From positions 96,001-160,000 of the forward strand of contig CAXXWX010000006.1 in the NCBI GenBank assembly GCA_963675745.2: a stretch of DNA of 64,000 nt, given 5' to 3'. Below the pieces are notes generated by a model, which saw nothing but the letters and a program-made list of their open reading frames with translations, had not been told where the DNA came from and did not search any database. Both the position numbers and the translations under genes were made by a program. Origin of the DNA: Phycisphaerae bacterium (lineage in GTDB: Bacteria; Planctomycetota; Phycisphaerae; UBA1845; Fen-1342). Shown in pieces: positions 30,248-42,750 of the stretch; the stretch's first letter is position 1; the number at the start of each line of letters is the position of its first letter.

Positions 30248-31810
30248 TTAATCGCGGTGCCAGAAGCGGGGGCTGAACAGCACGATGATCGCGAAGACCT
30301 CGAGCCGGCCCAGCGCCATCAGAACGCACATCACACACTTGGTGGCCTGCGAGAACCAGCCGTAATGTTCGACAGCGCCGACTTTGCCCAACCCGGGGCC
30401 CACGTTGAAGAGCGTCGCGGCGCAGGCGGTTGCGGCCGTGGTAAAGTCGCATTCGCTGGTCGAGTTGACTTGCTCGATCAGCATGATCAGGCCCGACCCG
30501 ACTCCGAACAGGATGATCATGCCGAGTACATAGGCGACCGCACCCAGCCGCATCTCGCTGTCGACGACCGATTGCCCCACCCTCAGCGGGCGCACGACGT
30601 GCGGGCGAAAGACGTGCTCGATTTCGGCCAGCAGCACTCTGGCCGCAACCCAGACGCGGATGATCTTAATGCCGCCGGCGGTCGAACCTGATGATCCCCC
30701 GATGAACATCAGTAGCACAAGCACGGCCTTGGCGAGAAACGGCCAGCGGTTGAAATCACTCGTGCAGAAGCCGGTCGTGGTTTGAATCGAGACGGTGGTG
30801 AAAGTGCTCTGGCGCAGCGTCTGGCCGATGGTCGCGTTCACCACCGTACCGTCGGTCAGGTAGATCGGCTCGGCGCTGAATGCGACGGTGGCGGAGACGA
30901 TCAGGATCCCGACCACCAGCAGCGAGACGTACACGCGCAGTTCGGTGTCCTTAAACAGCGAATCCAGCCGGCCGCGACACAGTCGGTAGTACAGGGCGAA
31001 GTTGATGCCGGCCAGAACCATGAAGGTCGTGATGATGATGTCGACGGCGGGCGTGCGATGGAATGCACCCACGCTGGCATTCATCGTGCTGAAGCCGCCG
31101 GTTGCGAGCGTGGCGAACGTGTGGCACACCGAGTGGAATCCGTCCATTGGCGTGAAGATCCACAGGGCGGCGATCTCGAGCAGCGTCAGCCCCAGATAAA
31201 TGAACCAGAGCCAACGCGCCGTCTCGCGAATGCGCGGCTGCAAGCCCTGCGGCGCGGGGCCGGGTGATTCGATCTGAAACAGCCGCTTGCCACCCACGCC
31301 GAGCCCGGGCAGCACCGCCACAAACAGGACTACAATGCCAAGTCCGCCCAGCCAGTGCGTCAGCGCACGCCAGAGCAGCAAGCTGTGCGGCATCGTCTCC
31401 ATGCTGGTGAGTACGGTGGCGCCGGTGGTGGTCAAGCCGCTCATCGACTCGAAATAGCAGTTTATCAGCGACTGAAAGGGGTGCGATTGGCCGGCGTCGA
31501 AGTGCAGGTTGGCCCAGATCCAGAACGGCATCGCGCCCAGCAGGGCCCCGCCGACCCAACTCGCCGCCACTAACAGCAGCGCTTCTTTGCGTCCCAGAAA
31601 ACGCGATCCGCGCCGGCTGAAGTACCAGGTTGCCCCGCTGATGAGAATCCCACCCAGGCCGGTCACAAACAGGGCGGCGACGGCGTTGTTGTCAACCTGG
31701 CGACTTGACAGCAGCTCGGTCGACAGGAAGACCCCCGACATCACAAGCAGGGCGCTGCTGACCAGGATGCCCAGGAGGCCGAGTTGGTTGGCAACGGTGC
31801 GGTAGTTCAT
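30248..31810 (-). CDS. trkH: Trk potassium uptake membrane protein TrkH
   Basis: FESMSGLTTTGAT; WLGGLG; TGGFST; GSTAGGIK; NVGPG; MALGRLE. Confidence 0.96.
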   Translation of the reverse strand: MNYRTVANQLGLLGILVSSALLVMSGVFLSTELLSSRQVDNNAVAALFVTGLGGILISGATWYFSRRGSRFLGRKEALLLVAASWVGGALLGAMPFWIWANLHFDAGQSHPFQSLINCYFESMSGLTTTGATVLTSMETMPHSLLLWRALTHWLGGLGIVVLFVAVLPGLGVGGKRLFQIESPGPAPQGLQPRIRETARWLWFIYLGLTLLEIAALWIFTPMDGFHSVCHTFATLATGGFSTMNASVGAFHRTPAVDIIITTFMVLAGINFALYYRLCRGRLDSLFKDTELRVYVSLLVVGILIVSATVAFSAEPIYLTDGTVVNATIGQTLRQSTFTTVSIQTTTGFCTSDFNRWPFLAKAVLVLLMFIGGSSGSTAGGIKIIRVWVAARVLLAEIEHVFRPHVVRPLRVGQSVVDSEMRLGAVAYVLGMIILFGVGSGLIMLIEQVNSTSECDFTTAATACAATLFNVGPGLGKVGAVEHYGWFSQATKCVMCVLMALGRLEVFAIIVLFSPRFWHRD

Positions 31811-31815
31811 GTTGG

Positions 31816-33162
31816 TCAGTCGCCAACGAACAACGTGTGCAGTACCTGCTGCCGGCCGCTCCGGCCGATCAGCAGCAGCGAATCACCCGCCTTGACCACA
31901 TCATCGGCCCCGGGTACCCAGACCTCATCGCCGCGTTTCACCGCGCCGACCGCCCAATCAGGTGACAGACTGATGTTGCGCAACGCCTGCCCCTTCACCG
32001 CCGCGCCGGGGCCCACGCGCACGATGTACACCTTGATATCACCGGCCAGCGTGGCCGTGAGCCGCAGTGGGCTTTCATCCAGCAGTTCGAGGATTTCCTT
32101 GGCCGCCGCCATCCCGGGACTGTACGATCGGTCGACCCCGATGTGATACAGCAGGTCCAGGTAGCGCGAGCGCTGCACGACCGCGATGGACTCGGTCACG
32201 CCGCCGGCCTTGGCGAGCACGGAGCCGACGATGTTGTCCTCGTCGTGGTCAAGCAAGGCCACAAAGACGTCGGCCAGGCCGATTCGCTCCTCGGCGAACA
32301 CGCTCTGGTCGGTGGGGTCGGTGTTCAGCACGGTGACCCAGTTGAGCTTGTCGGCCAACTCCTCGGCGCGTGCGCGCCTGGTTTCAAAAAGCCGGATCGA
32401 CCAGGCGCGGGCGCGCAGTGCCCGACACAACCAGACCGCCATCGGCGTGCCGCCCATCATCACGACTTTCTGCCGTTGGGGCTTTTCTATGCGGAACTGC
32501 TTGCGCGCATCGTCGAATACGTCGCTGTTCCCGATGAGCACCACCCGGTCACCCTTCTGAATCAGCGTAGCCGCATCGGGCAACAGCACCGTGGGACCCC
32601 GGCGTACGGCGGCCAGGCGCGTGCGCTTGGGCATGCGCACTTCTTCCAGCGGATGCCCGACTGCCGGCGCGTTCTCACTGACCGGAAACTCATGCATGTC
32701 TATCTGCTGGCCCGCGAAGTTCTCGATCGCCAACGCCGCCGGGTTGCGCAGTGATCGCGCGATGGCATGGGCCGTGGAATATTCGGGGCACAGCAGGCGG
32801 TCGATTCCGAAGTGTTTTTCGTAATCCAGGTCACGCTGGTCAAAGAAAGCCCGGTGATGCAGCCGCGCAACCGACTTGCGCGCCCCCAGAGCGCGGCTGA
32901 CCGAGGCGGCCACTATGTTGGCCTCATCGACGTTCGTGGCCGCGATGACCACATCCGCTTCGTGTGCGCCGGCGTCGCGCAGCACAATCGAGCTGGCGGC
33001 GTTGCCCTCGAGCGTACGCACGTCAAGGGCCTCGGTCATGGCGCGCAGCCGCTCGGGATCCGTGTCGATTACCGTGACCGAGTGTCCCGCGCCGGCCAGC
33101 ACCTCGGCGGTATGCCCGCCAACCTCGCCGACCCCGCAGATAATGATGTTCAGCGAACTCAC
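31816..33162 (-). CDS. trkA: Trk potassium uptake regulatory protein TrkA
   Basis: IIICGVGEVG; two RCK-N/RCK-C pairs; 448 aa; directly upstream of trkH. Confidence 0.94.
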   Translation of the reverse strand: MSSLNIIICGVGEVGGHTAEVLAGAGHSVTVIDTDPERLRAMTEALDVRTLEGNAASSIVLRDAGAHEADVVIAATNVDEANIVAASVSRALGARKSVARLHHRAFFDQRDLDYEKHFGIDRLLCPEYSTAHAIARSLRNPAALAIENFAGQQIDMHEFPVSENAPAVGHPLEEVRMPKRTRLAAVRRGPTVLLPDAATLIQKGDRVVLIGNSDVFDDARKQFRIEKPQRQKVVMMGGTPMAVWLCRALRARAWSIRLFETRRARAEELADKLNWVTVLNTDPTDQSVFAEERIGLADVFVALLDHDEDNIVGSVLAKAGGVTESIAVVQRSRYLDLLYHIGVDRSYSPGMAAAKEILELLDESPLRLTATLAGDIKVYIVRVGPGAAVKGQALRNISLSPDWAVGAVKRGDEVWVPGADDVVKAGDSLLLIGRSGRQQVLHTLFVGD

Positions 33163-33312
33163 CTGTCGCGGCCCCTAGTCGTCCATCATCGAGGTTCACC
33201 TGCCAAATGACGGTTGCTAAGAGTACCTTAACGGCGCAGTGGCAACAATGCGGCCCGAAGCGCCAGGCCGTCACCGGCAACATCTCACGCACATTTGCGG
33301 CTTGGCGCGGGT

Positions 33313-33572
33313 TTGCGCGGAGCCTGGATCGGTGGTACAATCCCGCGTCGGAGCGAATGAAGAGGCACGGACAGCGCGTACGCCGATGCACCTTCGGGAC
33401 ATTCGAGGGGGCATAACGGCGAAAATCACATTGACCGGTGCTCGCGGCCGGGCCGACAAGACCACGCGGGCGGCGCTGCCGTCGACCGTGACCAGTACAT
33501 AGCAGCACTCGACGCAAGGGAGGCTTGAGGACCGGGTGTTCGCCTGACCAGGCGGGTGCCCGGCCCACTTTT
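33313..33572 (+). ncRNA. Candidate sRNA or short-peptide transcript
   Basis: Promoter TTGCGC-17bp-(TGG)TACAAT. A hairpin at 33532-33563, with G-U pairs valid only on +, is followed by CCCACTTTT. Contains a 19-aa ORF at 33357-33416. Confidence 0.4.
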
Positions 33573-33753
33573 CACGTCGTTCGGTCGGCGCTGCCGCCAG
33601 CGCTTAGGCGCCGGTTGCCGGAAACCGCGCTACACTGCGGGTAAGCCCGCATATACCCGACTATCATACTGGTCGGGTAGCATTGACTTGAAGACCATTG
33701 GCGGCCCGCGCCACGGGCGAGGCCGCTCGAAAGACCAAGGCCGATCACCAACC

Positions 33754-36542
<2,789 letters not shown>

Positions 36543-36546
<4 letters not shown>

Positions 36547-37778
36547 CCGTTGAACTGAAGGTGCCCAGCGCCGGCGAGTCGATCACCGAGGTGATGGTTG
36601 TCGAGTGGCACAAGTCCGTCGGCGACTTCGTTGAGGCTGATGAGACCGTGGTTGAGATTGAGACCGACAAGGCCTCGATGGAGGTGCCCGCGCCGGTGAG
36701 CGGCACGTTGACCAAGCAGTTTGTCGAGGCCGGCGGCACCGCCGCGCCAGGCGATCTGCTCGCCGAGTTCGAGCCGGGCAAAGCCCCGGCCGGTGCGAAC
36801 GACAACAGCGCCAAGGCGAAACCCGTTGCAGCCAAGCCGGCCGCCGGCGATTCCGATCAGGCTGCCGCCACGACGACAGAATCCGGCGCAGCCTCGCACG
36901 TAATGCCCGCAGCCCAACGTCTGCTCGCCGAGCATGGTCTTGAAGCCACGCAGGTCAAAGCTACCGGCCCCGGTGGCCGCTTGCTCAAGGAAGACGTCCA
37001 GCGTCACATCGCCGGCGACGACGGTCGCAAGGCGCCGAAGACCGAATCCCCCGCGGCGCCGCCCACCCCCGCCGGGCCACGCCACGAGGAAGTCGTGCCA
37101 ATGACGATGATGCGGCGTCGCATCGCCGAGCGCCTGGTTGACGCCCAGCACACGGCCGCGATGCTGACGACCTTTAACGAAGTTGATATGTCCGCCATCC
37201 TGTCGCTGCGCGCGACGTACAAGGAGCCGTTCGAGAAGAAGTACGGCATAAAGCTGGGCTTCATGTCATTCTTCGTCAAGGCCGCGATTGATGCCCTCAA
37301 GCTGGTTCCGGCCGTAAACTCCGAAATCCGCGGCACGGACGTCGTTTACAAGAATTACTATGACGTGGGCGTGGCGGTGAGCACCGACAAGGGGTTGGTC
37401 GTCCCGGTGCTGCGCAACGCGGAGCGGCTCAGCTTTGCCGAGATCGAAGTCGCCATCGCCGAGCTTGCCGCGCGGGCCCGCGATCGCAAGCTCGAACTCG
37501 ATGAGCTGCAAGGCGGCACTTTCACGATCACGAACGGCGGCATCTTTGGCTCGCTGCTGTCAACGCCCATCCTGAACCCGCCGCAAAGCGGCATCCTGGG
37601 CATGCACGCCATCAACAAACGGCCGATGGCACTCGACGACCAGGTGGTGATTCGTCCCATGATGTACGTGGCCCTGACTTATGACCACCGCGTCATCGAT
37701 GGCCGCGAGGCGGTGATGTTCCTCAAGCGCATCAAGGAGTGCATCGAAGACCCGTCGCGCATGCTGATGGAGGTTTGA
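36543..37778 (+). CDS. sucB: Dihydrolipoamide succinyltransferase E2
   Basis: Lipoyl domain [26 protein letters not shown]. Confidence 0.98.
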
Positions 37779-37805
37779 GGCGCGCCCGCTATCGCCGCGC
37801 CCGGG

Positions 37806-38801
37806 TCATCTTGGGGCCCCGCGGCCGAATTCGCGCGACGCGTGGTAGGTGGCCTTGTCGAAGAAAAGCGCGACGCGGCGATTGAGCTCGAGTCCGCGGT
37901 ACACGTCGATAGTTCGCTCCCACGAGCCATGCGAGCGCACGAACTCCCAGATGTGTTTCTTGAGCAGCGCCAGCGAGCTGATCAGTTCGTGTAGCTCGAT
38001 ACCCTGGGCTTTGTGCTGGCGCATCAGCGTTCGGTAGAACGCCGCCACTTCGCGGGGTGCCTCGGTGCCCCTCAGCCAGCGGCCGAGTTGGGTAATGACC
38101 CCCACCGCCGCCCCCAGCAGCGGGTCACGCTTGAGCGTGTGGTATGACGGCGTGGTTGCGTTGCGGCGCACATCTTCGAGCCACTGATGCGCGACCGTCT
38201 CGGCCCCCGCCTGGATCAGCTCCACCAGCGGATCGGAGAGCATCGCCTTGTCCTGGTGACTCTGTAGCGCGATGAACGAATCCTGTATTTCCCATTCCTG
38301 CATGTGCTCGTCGGCAAACCGCTCGAGCGCTCTCTCGTTGGCACTGAACGCCAGCGGCGGGTGGGCGCCGATCGGGAAATGGCTGACCGCCGCCGCATCA
38401 TCCCCCGGGTGCGGCTCACCTCCGGTGCGGCTGACCTCGAACGTTATCACCAGCAGGTCGCCGTAGTAGTCGCTGTACACCGAGTCCGCATCGAGCAGAC
38501 GGCGAACACACCCTTCCACGCCGGTTTCTTCGCGCAATTCGCGCAAGGCCGCATCCGCGATTGACTCGCCGGTCTCCGCGAATCCCATGGGCAAACACCA
38601 CATGCCCGCGTGCGGCTCGTTCTTGCGGCGCACCAGCATCACCTCACGCCGGTTGTTGCAGACGATCGACGCGGCGACCGGCAGTGGATTCTCGTAGAAG
38701 ATAGTGTTGCAGGATGGGCACACGACTCGCCGCCGGCCCTCGATCTCGCGGGTCGTCACAGATTCACCGCAGTGCGCGCAATACTTGGGCTTCAGCGGCA
38801 T
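37806..38801 (-). CDS. Zn-ribbon NUDIX hydrolase with a C-terminal RsbRD_N-like helical domain
   Basis: CAHC..CPSC; GFAETGESIADAALRELREETG. The helical C-terminus (HQWL..HKAQGIELHELISSLALLKKHIW) is called by resemblance only. Confidence 0.85.
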   Translation of the reverse strand: MPLKPKYCAHCGESVTTREIEGRRRVVCPSCNTIFYENPLPVAASIVCNNRREVMLVRRKNEPHAGMWCLPMGFAETGESIADAALRELREETGVEGCVRRLLDADSVYSDYYGDLLVITFEVSRTGGEPHPGDDAAAVSHFPIGAHPPLAFSANERALERFADEHMQEWEIQDSFIALQSHQDKAMLSDPLVELIQAGAETVAHQWLEDVRRNATTPSYHTLKRDPLLGAAVGVITQLGRWLRGTEAPREVAAFYRTLMRQHKAQGIELHELISSLALLKKHIWEFVRSHGSWERTIDVYRGLELNRRVALFFDKATYHASREFGRGAPR

Positions 38802-39595
38802 TTGGATCCCTTGCAGCGAAAAATCACGTCGCTTTTCTCGAGCGCCAGTATGTCCGCATGATCCAGCGCGCGCTGTGCTGCCCGCGCCAACTCCGATGGC
38901 AGCGCGTCGCCGGCGCGCGAGCCGGGTGCCAGCAGTGGGAGCTTGAAGCGCAAGAACGTGAGCCAGTCATCGCCGTGCCGCGCCGAGAACTCGAGCGTGT
39001 TGTGAAAGTCGATGCGCTCCATCGATCCCAGTGATGCGGACAGCAGATCCGCGCCGTTCTCGGCCGAGAACCGCTCAATCAACGCCATCAGCGGCGAGTC
39101 TCGTTCGGGCAATCCCAGTGTGCGCAACAGCCCGCGGCACGAGTCCGCCGTGTGCGTCACCGCGATGAACAGGCCGGCGGGTTTCAGCACGCGCGCGATT
39201 TCCGGGATAAGGGCGGGGAAGAAGTACAACGAGTATGACGCGAGGACCAGATCGAATTGGCCATCCTCGCACGAGATGCGGTCCTCGAGCGAGTCTTCGA
39301 CAAAGTTGCACTGCACGGGATATTCGCTCATGCGGTCGAGAAACGGCTGCCGGTTGCCGGCACAGGCATCGACGCCGACGATGCTGGCGCCGGACGGCAG
39401 GCGTCGCGCGACGGCGTCGGTCATGAAGCCGTACCCGCAGCCCAGGTCGAGCACGCTGCGCGTGGACGACAGATCAAGGCCGCGCAGTGCCTCCTCGCGC
39501 ACGTCGGCGCGGTTGGTGGACCGCCGCCGTATCAGCGCGGAGATTCCCGCATGGAGTGCCGTGTCCTCAAACGCAGATAGAGATTCGCTGGCCAT
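38792..39595 (-). CDS. Class I SAM-dependent methyltransferase
   Basis: VLDLGCGYG; GVD; FDLV; RVLKPAG; overlaps the NUDIX start. Confidence 0.9.
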   Translation of the reverse strand: MASESLSAFEDTALHAGISALIRRRSTNRADVREEALRGLDLSSTRSVLDLGCGYGFMTDAVARRLPSGASIVGVDACAGNRQPFLDRMSEYPVQCNFVEDSLEDRISCEDGQFDLVLASYSLYFFPALIPEIARVLKPAGLFIAVTHTADSCRGLLRTLGLPERDSPLMALIERFSAENGADLLSASLGSMERIDFHNTLEFSARHGDDWLTFLRFKLPLLAPGSRAGDALPSELARAAQRALDHADILALEKSDVIFRCKGSKCR

Positions 39596-39747
39596 CGCGC
39601 GGATTATCCCCCGAATCGGCGCACGTTTCAAAAGCAGGTTCCGGTAACAAAGATGCGTCGGGTGGGTCGAGCGCAGCGAGACCTGTCGTTGTGGTCTATA
39701 CTTGGGCTTTCGACACGTGGCGGATGTTTACCCCCCAGGAGGTTCTT

Positions 39748-40749
39748 GTGCCCTACGAACGCGAGCGCGATGTGGCGGTGGAAGCTGTGGTCCAGGCGTG
39801 CCGGCTTTGCGCCGCGGTGCAGGAGAGTCTTGTCTCGGCGGACACGATCGCGAAGAAGGACCGTTCGCCGGTCACCGTGGCGGACTTCGGCGCGCAGGCG
39901 CTGGTGTCGCTCGAACTGACCGACGCGTTCCCGCGCGTCCCCCTGGTGGGCGAGGAAGACGCCGACACGCTGCGTGGCGCCGATGGTGCCGGCCTGCGCG
40001 ACCAGGTGTTTGCGCGCGTCAGCGCCCTGCGCCCCGCGCTGACATGCGAGCAGATGCTGGATGCCATCGACTACGGCCGACACGCCGGCGGGGCCGCCGG
40101 ACGCTTCTGGGTGCTCGACCCCATCGACGGCACGAAGGGCTTTTTGCGCAAGCAGCAATACGCGGTTGCGTTGGCCCTGATCGAGGACGGCCGTCCCGTG
40201 CTGGGTGTGCTGGGCTGTCCGAACCTGCCGCTCGACAGCGCTGACGACGACGGCCCCCGCGGATGCGTTTTCCATGCAATGCGCGGCGACGGCGCGTATG
40301 TCCGCGCCCTGGATGAGACCGCCGCGCGGCCCGTGAGCGTCTCCGACATTGCCGACGCGGCCGGGGCCAGCTTCTGCGAGTCTGTCGAGAGCGCCCATAC
40401 CAACCAGAGTACCAACGCACGGATCGCGGCTGAACTGGGTGTCACCCGGCCGCCTTTTCGCATCGACAGCCAGTGCAAATACGCGGCGATCGCGCGCGGC
40501 GACAGCTCGATCTATCTGCGCATGCCTTCCCGCAAAGACTACACCGAGAAAATCTGGGACCACGCCGCCGGCTGGATGATCGTCAAAGAGGCGGGTGGCG
40601 AGGTATCGGACATCCACGGCAAGCCACTAGATTTCTCCCGCGGTCGCACGCTGGTGGGGAACCAAGGCGTCGTCGCCACGAATGGCAAACTGCACGCCCA
40701 GCTAATCGCCGCCATCCAAAGCGTCGCCGGCGCATTCGGTTGCCAGTGA
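39748..40749 (+). CDS. 3'(2'),5'-bisphosphate nucleotidase (HAL2/SAL type)
   Basis: SPVTVADFGAQA; LDPIDGTKGFLR; CESVE; DSQCKY; EKIWDHAAG; RBS AGGAGG. Confidence 0.92.
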   Translation: MPYERERDVAVEAVVQACRLCAAVQESLVSADTIAKKDRSPVTVADFGAQALVSLELTDAFPRVPLVGEEDADTLRGADGAGLRDQVFARVSALRPALTCEQMLDAIDYGRHAGGAAGRFWVLDPIDGTKGFLRKQQYAVALALIEDGRPVLGVLGCPNLPLDSADDDGPRGCVFHAMRGDGAYVRALDETAARPVSVSDIADAAGASFCESVESAHTNQSTNARIAAELGVTRPPFRIDSQCKYAAIARGDSSIYLRMPSRKDYTEKIWDHAAGWMIVKEAGGEVSDIHGKPLDFSRGRTLVGNQGVVATNGKLHAQLIAAIQSVAGAFGCQ

Positions 40750-41436
40750 TTGCATGAACTGATCGATTGTCGCCAGGCGCTGGCGGGCCATTTGTTTGGC
40801 CGTGTCGGTGCGCAGGCTGTCGCTGATGCGCGCCTCCCAGTAGCGGTACTCTTTCTGGCGTTGCCACTTTTCCAGCAGGTCGGTGAGCGGCCGGCCTTCC
40901 CACTCGTATTGGCGGAACTGCCGCAGCATGTGCGCGACGCCCATTTCGGCCAGGCTCTCGGCTTCGCTGAGCACGTGCGTCTCGGGCATGTCCGCCTCGC
41001 GATCATTGCACTGGCGGATCGCGTCCATGGCGACGAATAGCACGTCCGCCGGCACCAGCGGGCTGATGTGCTCTTTGAGCATCGAGGCCGCCAGCTCGCG
41101 CTGTACATCGCTGGTCGGCCGGCCGAGCATCTGCCAGTGATTCACCTCGCCGCTGCGGACATGCGTGGCCCACCCGGCGTTGCTGAACAGCCCCGCCAGG
41201 GCCGCCGCCGTGCGGTTTATGCTCACGGCGGTGCGATCGGGCAGATTCGCGAGAGCGTGCGTGAGCAGCATGACGCGCTCGCTATGTTCCCATAGCCAGA
41301 GATCCTCACGCCCGGATGGCGTCTGGACAACCAGCAGTTCACGTGCCCGCTCACGGACGCGGTCGAGCGTATCCACGATGTTCTCCCAGGACGACACGTA
41401 AACCGGCGGTTGTCGGCCAAGCGGGCCGTCTCGCAC
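40702..41436 (-). CDS. Degenerate HD-fold protein (start uncertain)
   Basis: WEHSERV; AGLFSNAGW where AxLHDIG is expected; EAESLAEMG where DADxLD is expected; LRTDTAKQMARQR. Confidence 0.7.
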   Translation of the reverse strand: MRDGPLGRQPPVYVSSWENIVDTLDRVRERARELLVVQTPSGREDLWLWEHSERVMLLTHALANLPDRTAVSINRTAAALAGLFSNAGWATHVRSGEVNHWQMLGRPTSDVQRELAASMLKEHISPLVPADVLFVAMDAIRQCNDREADMPETHVLSEAESLAEMGVAHMLRQFRQYEWEGRPLTDLLEKWQRQKEYRYWEARISDSLRTDTAKQMARQRLATIDQFMQSLATECAGDALDGGD

Positions 41437-41605
41437 CGCAGCAGCGGCGATTTGCCCCCCCGATCTCCGCGCACAACATCATACCGGCCCCGCGTGGCGC
41501 GCCAAACGGCGCCGGCAAGCCGATATCGGAAGCGGCGTGGACGCGGCCGGCCCCCGCCGCCGATAGTGCGGATGGGGCGCGCCGCAAAATGTTGCCCGCC
41601 CCAGG

Positions 41606-41633
41606 TAAAATCCCCCCGTGAATCGACCGATCA
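41606..41633 (+). promoter_or_regulatory. Possible sigma28-like promoter of the HDOD gene
   Basis: TAAA-16bp-ACCGATCA, compared with the TAAA-N15-GCCGATAA consensus. Confidence 0.3.
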
Positions 41634-41741
41634 GACTACTGGCCGGCGCGATTGGTATGTCGGCTTGGCGGGGGGGCCAAGCGGGAGTGGTTGCCGGAGG
41701 GTCATTGGAGCGCGAAGCACCATACGTACAGGGAGCACTCA

Positions 41742-42659
41742 ATGGGTTTGTTGACCACATCGTCGAAGACAAGTAAGCCCGCACCGGCGTCGCCCGCGAC
41801 TGGCGGATTGCCGGAGCACTTGCAGCGCGCGATGGCGAAGGTAACCGAGCTAAGCTCGCTTCCGGAGATCACGGCGCGGATTGTGGAAGTTGTCGAAGAT
41901 CCCCGCGCGACCGCCAGCGACATGCACGATATAGTCAAGAATGATCCGGCCCTGGCGTCGAAGATTCTCAAGGTTGTGAACTCGGCGTTCTATGGCCTGC
42001 CGGCACAGGTTGCCAGTCTGGATCGTGCAATCCTCATGCTCGGCCTGAGCGCGGTCAAGAACATCGCACTGGCCGCATCGCTGGCACGCCTCTTCAAGCC
42101 CGGCGCACTCTCCGAGCAATTCACGGCCCGCGATTTGTGGCGCCATTGCGTCGCGGTCGGCGTGTGCGGCCGCCAACTGACCAAGGCTTCGACCGGGATC
42201 CAGGACGGAGAGGCCTTCGTGGCGGGGCTCGTTCACGATTTGGGCCTGCTGGTCGAGTATCAGCTCTTTCCCGACAAGCTCAAGGAGGTTATCAACCGTT
42301 CGCACGCGGACGAGAAAACTTTCTGCGAGCTCGAAATGGCCGTTATCGAGGCCGATCACCAGGCCTTCGGAGCCGCGCTGGCGGCCAAGTGGAAATTCCC
42401 CCCAGCGCTGCGCAGCGTGATTTCGCACCATCACAACCCGCTTACGCTCAAGCCCGAGCTGATGAAGATTGCCACCGTAGCCCACATCGCCGACACCATC
42501 TGCTGCGAGCAGCAACACGGCTTCTGGCTCACCGCCGCGCGCCAGACCGTCACCGACGAAGTGTTGGAAGTGCTCGCTATCAGGCGCGAGACGCTCGAAG
42601 AAATCGCCGAGAATCTGCCCGAGCAGGTCGAGGAAGCCCAGCGCGTCTTCGGCGACTAA
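41742..42659 (+). CDS. HDOD-domain protein
   Basis: LSSLP; DPALASKILKVVNSAFY; LWRHC; AGLVHDLG; WKFP. Confidence 0.93.
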   Translation: MGLLTTSSKTSKPAPASPATGGLPEHLQRAMAKVTELSSLPEITARIVEVVEDPRATASDMHDIVKNDPALASKILKVVNSAFYGLPAQVASLDRAILMLGLSAVKNIALAASLARLFKPGALSEQFTARDLWRHCVAVGVCGRQLTKASTGIQDGEAFVAGLVHDLGLLVEYQLFPDKLKEVINRSHADEKTFCELEMAVIEADHQAFGAALAAKWKFPPALRSVISHHHNPLTLKPELMKIATVAHIADTICCEQQHGFWLTAARQTVTDEVLEVLAIRRETLEEIAENLPEQVEEAQRVFGD

Positions 42660-42750
42660 GCGCGAGACAACGAACTGGCATCGAACGCGTTGCGGCCCTC
42701 GTGTCAGAAGGCCGTAACGCGTTCGCCGTTAATGGACCAAGCGGCACTCG

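Noticed and set aside
33410..33530. tmRNA tag-like frame ending YIAALDAREA*
   Set aside because: No tRNA-like 5' or 3' ends, and it is too long for a typical tag.
33556..33753. Long N-terminal extensions in the ORF track for sucA (also sucB, pyrH, the nucleotidase, nrdR and the 23-heme cytochrome)
   Set aside because: Family-like sequence, RBS position or gene overlaps support the downstream starts.
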